Source: Epiperipatus broadwayi (taxonomy: Eukaryota > Animalia > Onychophora). From it: a stretch of DNA of 64,000 nucleotides. Position 1 is the stretch's first letter. Each line of letters starts with the position of its first letter. The translations under genes were made by a program, and so were the position numbers. Positions 55,796 to 64,000 of the stretch are shown here, piece after piece. The DNA lies in the NCBI GenBank assembly GCA_028023455.1, contig JAQFVV010000004.1, forward strand, positions 1,116,001 through 1,180,000. The letters run 5' to 3'. Below the pieces are notes generated by a model. It saw only the letters and a program-made list of their open reading frames with translations. It was not told the origin of the DNA and made no database searches.

Positions 55796-58122
55796 ATGAA
55801 AGAATAAAGGTTCATAAAAGTAGGGTTAGAAATAAATATCTTAGTTCTGCTTTGTATGTCCATGAAAAAGATACAGGCCACACTATTTTGAGGAATTTAA
55901 GGTTGTCTTCTTTGAGAGAAATGAAATAAAGAATCTTTGTTATTGAAAATTTATTATTCTGAAATAATTAACTTATTTAAAAGTTCTTTTAATATTAAGG
56001 GTGGGTGGGAAGTAAATGGATTTGTGGATAATATTTAATATAAATATAGTGTTGTTTTGTAGTTCTTTACACTTGAGAAGTCTGCTTGTAGCAGTGAAAC
56101 CATTGTTTGTGTTTTTGATTTTATTCTTTCTCGGCAAGTCTGGTTGAGATTTGGATTTGGGCTCATTTAAATACAATTGTTATAGAGGCAGCCTTTGACA
56201 TGATACCAATAAATAGATTTCTTAAAATTCTGGAATAAAATAAATTACCAAAGCATATCTACTTCCTAATTTATTATTAAACTATGAAATATACATTACT
56301 CTGAATGATCTACAAAGTGCATGCAATATGCAAGTTGCAGAAGTTAACTCGTTAAGGGTGAGCACTTTTGAGGATCCATATCTCATAATCATAGTCATAT
56401 TGAAAACTGTGGTATTGTTTACATTAGACTTAAGATATGCAAATGAGTTAGGTAGTCCATTTTTTAGAAATAAAGATGTCATGACTGTTTATTGCATTAT
56501 TATTGCCATTGATAAAATATGCCTCTTTTATTTTTCTTTTGCCGTCATTTGTTTTTATACATATGGCAAAACCTCATCCCCAATTACACCACATCAATCC
56601 ATTCTACAAGCATTTTTTCTTAATGCCTTATTATTCACTGCCTACATAAACTTGCTAGTTAATGCCATAAAAAATAAAAACCTGAAATTTATGTAACCTG
56701 CCTAAACACCAACATCTCATGTATAGTTTACATGGATGATTTCTCAGTCTTTTTTGCCATCCAAAAAATACATTCCCAAACTTCTAAAAAAAATTTCAGA
56801 TTATACAAACAAATATAAGTTAACTTTCAACATGGTAAAATCCTGTAGCTGGCACATATATACTGCTAGTAGTATAACAAAACATTTTAAAGGTAAATCT
56901 AACCAATTCCTTGGATTTCATTTCTACTTGTGTCATTCACCAATGTGGCCACTTTTACAAAATAGACTTAAAAAATAGAAATTATAGTCAATTCACTAAC
57001 AAAATCCTACTTATCACTTTATACTAAGTTTGCAATTTTTAACATGCTGATTATGATAAAAATCACATACTAATTCTCCAAAAATACTTTACACCTTTTG
57101 AATAAAGCCTGTTCTAATTAACTAGACTCAATTTGCAAGAAACTCTTGGGTGGAGGGGTAATCTTGAAATCCATAAGACATCTCAAAAATTCACTCTCAC
57201 AATATGGTCTAGGGCCTCACTCAATTCATACATTTAGAATCCCGAAAACAATATATTCTTTGCATGTGCAAAAAAATTCTCATACCTACAACAACCTGTA
57301 AAATTACTCCCACAGATATACCACCTCTTATTCAAGGACCCTGAAAACATAACATTCCATTATTGTCTTTAAAAAATTTGATTTTCAAACTACCTCAAAA
57401 TAAATTCATGTACTGAGAAATTCATTCATTTTTACACCAGATTCTGGTCACTTGAACCAAAATACTTTGATTTTTTTTTATTTAAAATTAAATTCAATTC
57501 ACTACACACACAGCACTTTCTAAAATATAAAAAACTTCCAAATATAGACCATCTGTCCACCCTTTGCCACAAAGATTCAGAAATCACTTTTTGTTTCTTA
57601 CCAAGGACTTGATAATATTCGTTCAATAATACACTTTTCAAAAATAAAAAATAATTATAAATAGCCTATGTTACTCATCCATGACAGGAGTCTTTGCTGA
57701 AATCAGGATCTGGTATTCATTCTCTATGCCTTATAGTGTACAAGGTGTGAATTTATATGTAACAACAATTCAAGAAGGCAACATAACAATTTTAAAAATA
57801 AACTGGATAGTATATGTCAAAGAGTTAAAAGAATAACAAATCAAAAAACTTTCATTGACATCTAATCTCAATTGCATTCAAGAAGAATAAATCTGAGATA
57901 AAAAGCAGAAACTGAAAGATAACATTTGCCACCATTGCAATACTTTAAATAAAAACTAGCTCAACCAATTGTGAACTTTTATTTACTTTCAAGACTCTGT
58001 GAGTCACATGCCAATCTCTGTATTATGATTTTTGTATTCGTAACAATCGTTATAATAATATGTAGACAAAAGAAATCATGTAATCTATTTTGTTTTATTA
58101 AATAAAGTCCACTGAGAGCTGC

Positions 58123-58275
<153 letters not shown>

Positions 58276-58778
58276 TTCACAAATTTAAAATGAGAGTAAC
58301 CTTTTTTCACACACACACACACACAAAGATTGTGAAGATGCTGTTCTGTTTCACAAACTCTGAAAAGAAATATATAACACTGAAATTAAATTTAATTGTT
58401 TTTATTTCAAAGAATGTAACAAAATTTAAAATAGAATTTGCTCTCAGGTTTTTTTAGAGTGAGGCCAAACATCTGATGTATTTTGTTCCAAGCCTCAGCC
58501 TTTCACATACATTGTACACCATGTATGATAGTTCAAGCTTTGTTAATAAGCTTTGATTACAATAGAATATATATTTCAATATGCACATTACATAATGCAA
58601 ATGCTTTTCTATATGTATAGTATGCAGATATAAATTAAAATAATAGTATAAATTAAATTTAAAAAATGTAGTTATTAATAGTAAAGTAAGGAGCACATTC
58701 ACACCTATATTTAGTGCATGTGTATGTATTCACTCATTCATTCAAAAATGATAACAAAGTTACTATACAATATCTTTA

Positions 58779-59489
58779 AGTCAAATAATTGTTTACTTTT
58801 GGGAAATATATATATTCTAGCACAAGACAAGGATCCCATAAATAGAAAGGTCACATGCTATGCTTTATCGAAGAAATGGAATTAGCATATTTGCATAACA
58901 TTAAACATAGTAGCAACCTATGATTATGAAGGCAAGATCCTTTGAAAGCACTCAGCTCGTTTGTTTTTAGTTATCTATTTTATATTAACACTTTAATTTA
59001 TAAACCAATTAAGCGTATGTCACGCTTGAATGTGAAGCTATAATAATATACAGGAATTAATATACGCTAAGCGCTTTCGAGGTCCTTTACCTCATATTCA
59101 TAGCGATGCTGTGAGCTGCGAAATGTAAAAAATGGAGCGGGAGAAGTGGTATGCAAAGCATATGCAAATGGGCTAAATAGTCCAGCGTTTAGAGATGTCG
59201 AAGCAGGTGTCACATCTATTGATAGAGTTGTTATTGTTATTGATGTAGTACGCTTCTCTGATCTTCCGCTTAATGTCGTTTTTCTCGATACAGACTATTT
59301 TAGGGTGGGAAGGTTCAAATAAATGTCCAGTCTTCTTGGAATGTTCCAAAAATGTTGATGAGTTATCGTTGTTTTTCATAGCTCTATTGTATGTGTATCT
59401 GTGTTGTGCTGTCCGGGTGATTGTGCCTGCCTTGGTTTCTCCAAATAGCTTTTGGGAACAATTGTGCCGCACATGCACACATGCTAGAA
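58779..59489 (-). mobile_element. 5'-truncated Penelope-like element PLE2 (GIY-YIG C-terminus, HHR, tail)
   Basis: 15-bp TSD TATACAATATCTTTA (58764-58778, 59490-59504). ORF C-SQK-LFGET...R..QH...STFLEH...GH.F...KI...E...KRKIREAYYI...N...ISKRW matches the PLE endonuclease pattern. CpGs retained. Confidence 0.85.
59065..59105 (-). ncRNA. Variant hammerhead ribozyme (A3-U8)
   Basis: CGCT ATGAATA T GAGGT-AAAGG-ACCTC GAAA GCGC TT^ AGCG; palindromic AGCGCT helix III. Confidence 0.7.
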
Positions 59490-60239
59490 TATACAATATC
59501 TTTATTTTTTAAAATAAAATGTCAGACTTTCGTTACAATTAGTTCCATTCAGGCTAATATTTTTTCCTTCAATAACACGTTTTTTATGGAAATGAGATTG
59601 AAGTCTTGTTATTAGAAACTATAGCCTCTCTAGTTGTATTGATGTGTTTAAATCCATATTGACTTTGTAATCTATACAGTTACTTTTACTTACCATTACA
59701 TATTTCATATTGTGATTTAAACTTTTCAAACTAAGTTTTCTGACCCAATAAAAAAGATTTACAATTTTTTTTGCCAACACTTCTAAATTAATTAGTTTTA
59801 TTAGTTAAGAAAGATTTCATAAAACTTTTAGCTCGATACTTAGAAAACATTTTATTATATGAAATATTGCACATATCAAACTCAGAAAGAATAATAAAGT
59901 GAAGAATAAAATGTTAGTGCTTCCAATATAAGCTGAAGAAATGTCATTAATAAATGTGATCATGTATAGCATTTCTGGATGGAAAATGGCTACCGTCATA
60001 TTGTAAAATTTACTACATTTACACATTTCAATGTTTTTATTTTCCAGTTATTTACAGTTTTTTTATTTATTTGCATTTTTTGTTTATTTATATGCATATA
60101 GTTTTTGATTGATATATATGGATGTATTTTTTGATTCACTATATCTAAGCAAAATAGATTGACAGACAACATTATTGAGTTTTTTTGTATTATTTTAGCA
60201 AACATTTTAATTGATTCAATTTCTTTAATTAGAAAAAAG

Positions 60240-60385
60240 GGTGCTAATTTAATATGTGATCTCTGCCATTTTGAATTTCACAAATGACCAAAGACATCAT
60301 CTGATACATCTAAGTGATAAAAAGACAATGTTTTTGGTCATTTTTGATATTCAAAATGATGGAGATCACGTACTAAATTAGCACC
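60240..60385. mobile_element. 146-bp MITE, Merlin-like ends
   Basis: ~58-bp imperfect TIRs beginning GGTGCTAATTTA (first 24 bp 22/24); 8-bp TSD GAAAAAAG. Confidence 0.75.
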
Positions 60386-60924
60386 GAAAAAAGCTTGTAA
60401 CCCAGATATTTTTTTTATCTCTCTAAGTTGTACATGCCCTCTTAGTGATAGACCAAATTGATAGAAATACACCTAATTGGCATAGGCCTGATTCTAATGT
60501 CATCTATTGTATCAATATCTTTATACACCTTTTACTAATTACAGTTTATCACAGTACAGTTAACTTATCTATTAGAAATCAATACGGAATGTGTAAATAT
60601 TGTATTTAGATCTTTATTCACATAATTTATTTAAAATGTAGCAATATAGTTTATATTTGTGTAAAATACATATATTTAATATGAATTGGCATTTGTAAAC
60701 TTCAATTATCTTCACTTATATTTTCAACTCCTTATTTGATGTATTTTTTTATTAGTCAGATGTTTTCAAAATATATTTTTTTAAATTATCGTCTTTATAT
60801 TAATGACTAAAATTTAAGAACAATATTTAAAGAAAATTCAGTATTCATGCTCAAATAATAAAAAAATCCCTTTTTATTTTTATTTGCAGTGGGTTGTGGT
60901 AATTTAAAGATAATCAACGGTTTG

Positions 60925-61295
60925 ATAAGGTCCTATACATGAGGGAACAGAGTGACTTAAAAGTCAACATGGGTCTGACAATAATATTGTCATCAACAAG
61001 GGATTTGCATGTTATATCATCAGATTTTCAATGGTATGGTTGACTGAAGATGGAGGATGGAGTAGACTGAAGCCTGTTCATTAAACATTGAAGATTTTGT
61101 AGCTTAATATTGACAAAGCACTGATTATATATGTGTGGGGGAGATTATGATCTGGACCAACTGATGAGTGCTGAATCAGCACAAAATACATATATTGAAA
61201 ATCATGTATCTTTTTCACAAGTATTATGTGTGTATGTTATATGAGAGAGAGCAGATAGCTGAAGGGAGTTTGAAAGTTTGTGTTCAAATCTCTTA
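60925..61295 (+). mobile_element. Family A monomer, HHR with G12A
   Basis: CCAACTGATGAGTGCTGAATCAGCACAAAATACATATATTGA at 61157-61198. Confidence 0.8.
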
Positions 61296-61628
61296 TAATT
61301 AAAATAAAATCAAGTAAATTCACTTAAAAAACCAATTGGGGTTGTATCTTGTGATTTCTATTAAATAAAAATAATGGACTCAATTATTTTTTTATATTTT
61401 TATTAAAACATTATGAAATAAAACATTTATGTGTGTGTGTATTTTTTCATGGAGATATAAAACAAAAGGGAGAAAATAATAGCTAGAACATGTCCTCCCA
61501 AAATAGAATATGTGTCACCCTAGAATACACTTCTAACTTTTCTTATTATTAGTTTAATTTCAATCTCCTTTCATTAGTTTAATTGCTTAGTTACAACTGA
61601 GTGAAGTTCTATTCTATATCTTTGATTT

Positions 61629-61988
61629 TGATTTGAAATACAGGCATTCTTCATATACCTAGAGCTTAATTGTAAATATAGAGGATTTGAACACAGACTT
61701 TCAAGCATCCTTCACCTATCCACACTATCTTTCACCACTGATATATATGACCACACCCATATAGAAAAGTTAATAATCACCAAAAAAACTTTAATGGAAA
61801 GGCTTCAATCTACTCTAACCTCCAACTCTTCGGCCATCTATGCCATTGATAGTCTGATGGTGGAAAGCTCAAATCCCATGTTGATGCCAATATTATTTAT
61901 CTTTTCTGCATGTGTGTGGACATGTGCATAAGTGTTATGAGATAGTGTGGATAATTGAAGAGTGCTTGAAAGTATGTGTTCAAATTCC
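61629..61988. mobile_element. Family A fold-back insertion (HHR deleted)
   Basis: 15-bp TSD CTATATCTTTGATTT (61614-61628, 61989-62003); antisense 61629-61895, then sense 3' end. Confidence 0.75.
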
Positions 61989-62609
61989 CTATATCTTTGA
62001 TTTAGATAAAATCTACTGACTGTATTCAGTAAGGAGATTGTAGAAAAGATTAATCACAGACTCTGACAATATGCATTTTTGTATTTAATATATTTCAGTG
62101 TTTTTAGATTCATTTTATATTGAATATAACTATAATACAAAAACTAATAAAAAGAAATTAATGAAATTAGCTGTAAAATAATGTAAAATATCTAAGTTGG
62201 GGAGAGGAAAGTGTCGAACTAATTATAAAGAATTTGCAAACTTTACATTATTTTTTTCACAGTTTGTACTTAAATATTCATTACATTATAAAAATTTAAA
62301 TACATTTTGAATTACAAGAGTCAAACTTAATCCACCCATACCTTTGACATCAACCACTCTAGATAAATACACTAATGATTATCACTAATCATTTACTAAA
62401 CTAGAGATTATCTCTAGCCGAAACGTCTACGTTAAACCTCAGTTAAAGATAAATATGTTGCTTTTTTTCAATTAAACACACACACGAAGTTATTCACATT
62501 TCCCTGTCCCATGTGTAATATGTTTATAAATGTATTTAAACAAACTCCACACCACCACACATTCATTTCAAATCATATAAATAAAGATACAATAAAAGAT
62601 AAATGACTC

Positions 62610-62649
62610 CCAAGATGCGTTTCGTGCTGATCCAGGACTCATCAGTTAG
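62610..62649 (-). ncRNA. Solo type I hammerhead ribozyme related to family A
   Basis: CTAA CTGATGA GTCCTG-GAT-CAGCAC GAAA CGCA TC^ TTGG. One C-C mismatch in helix II; TGAC/GTCA extends helix I. Confidence 0.75.
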
Positions 62650-64000
62650 CCTGGGTCACTATCTCTCATATATATCTCTATTATATAACCAAAAAATTGA
62701 CAGCTATAACACTCAGCCTTTCTTATAGATAAATGGTTAACTATTTTGTCAATAAGATAAATACTCGAATGTATTTATGCATTTGGAGTTTATTAGAAAT
62801 TCATCTGAGAACCTTATCTTCAAAGTCTCCTACGCTGCCCCTACGTTAAACTAGTATTCAAAGCAAAAATAATCAAATAGTTTGATTGCTCAAGGGTACA
62901 TAAAAAAAATTTATTGTCAGAAGTGATCGATTTCAGGACCTTAGTTGTTGAATCGAACTATCTATTACCGCAGTAAATGATTGACAAATAACTCCGAACA
63001 AATGTAAAAATCACTGCTGTCAAATAGAAAGTAATTTATTGAAGTCATACTTTGTTTAAATTCTAATCGTAAATACAAGGTTTTAATTTTATGTAATTAA
63101 AATACGAAAAATTTAATAAATTATTTATTATTTCCTCCAGAAAACAAGTTTTTTTATATGGAAAGATATATGTTTTTTGAATTCATTTTACTTAACTACA
63201 ACAACAAAAAACTTCAATTGCTGATGTTTTGTTTGTGACCCTCCTCATGTCAGTATTTTTAGTTACCTTGTCAAATTACTTCACATTGAAATGACAGCAA
63301 AGAGCTTACGTAATAAAATAATAAGACAAAAAAAGAGATTGTGTGATTAATGTATTTCTAACAGCCCAGCAGGTTCTGTTTATTAGCATAAAAATCGTAA
63401 AATGTGTCATTTTTTAATATTTATTTTGAAAATATTTATATTAAAAATATTTACGTACTTAACGATTAAATAAATAATAGATATATAGAATTGAAACTAC
63501 AGTATATATGTTTAATCACTAATATCACATGATCACCATATACTATATGGAGAGTTTTTGCCTGTTTAATAATATATATGTTTAGTTATTTTGTTTAAAA
63601 ATTAACATTATAACAAAATATAATATTTGTGTTTGTGTATATAAATAATTTTGCTGCAAAAATGAATTCGTCACTAACAAAAACGGTTCTTTCATTTCTT
63701 TCCGAGGTCTTAATTAATTGGTATAGTCTCTAGGCGCCATATTGAATTTTTTTTAAAACTGACCCGAGACACAATTTTCACAATAACATCAGTTTTAATA
63801 ATGTTAGAGCAAAAAACTTTACATTGATAGAAATTAGAAAAACTAAGAAAAACAATAAGTCTAAAACAAATAGTGATAACCATTTAAAAAATAAAAATAA
63901 AAAATTTCAACAACCAACATAATTATTACTTAATTAATCCGTTTTTATTACTTTATTGTTTGTTCGTAATTTCTAATTTATCATTAACTAAGTTTAAATT

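Noticed and set aside
57200-57340. Possible LINE ORF1 zinc knuckle on the minus strand (GCCRYENFLH...C...KCMN)
   Set aside because: Cys/His spacing is imperfect and there is no supporting APE or RT motif nearby.
62400-62436. CTAGAG-hairpin-CCGAAACGTC
   Set aside because: Only the 3' half of an HHR; the CUGANGA core and helix I 5' strand are missing.

Overview
AT-rich eukaryotic (probably arthropod) non-coding DNA dominated by transposable elements; no host protein-coding gene could be identified. Recognisable elements: a decayed RTE-clade LINE (8.7-12.5 kb, minus) interrupted by a ~1.4-kb (CT)n tract; two RTE 3' ends; a two-LTR Ty3/gypsy element (14356-20849, minus); a truncated Mag-type gypsy element (53.6-55.8 kb); a near-full-length frameshifted Penelope-like element (PLE, 42220-45320); a second, younger PLE fragment (58779-59489); and hAT-type and Merlin-like MITEs. 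The most striking signal is invisible in the ORF track. The window carries many type I hammerhead ribozyme (HHR) motifs from at least four sequence families, in short ORF-less repeats and PLE termini. These include (i) head-to-tail dimers predicting 474-475-nt self-cleaved monomers (retrozyme-like), (ii) tRNA-type A/B boxes just upstream of the HHR in a PLE terminal repeat, (iii) an HHR whose C3-G8 core pair is replaced by A3-U8, and (iv) a 767-bp palindromic HHR element inserted across the predicted cleavage site of another HHR. About ten insertions share one architecture: an inverted 5' segment, a direct 3' end and a 12-15-bp target-site duplication (TSD). Old repeats are heavily CpG-depleted. 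All alignments and folds were done by eye; nothing was searched or computed.
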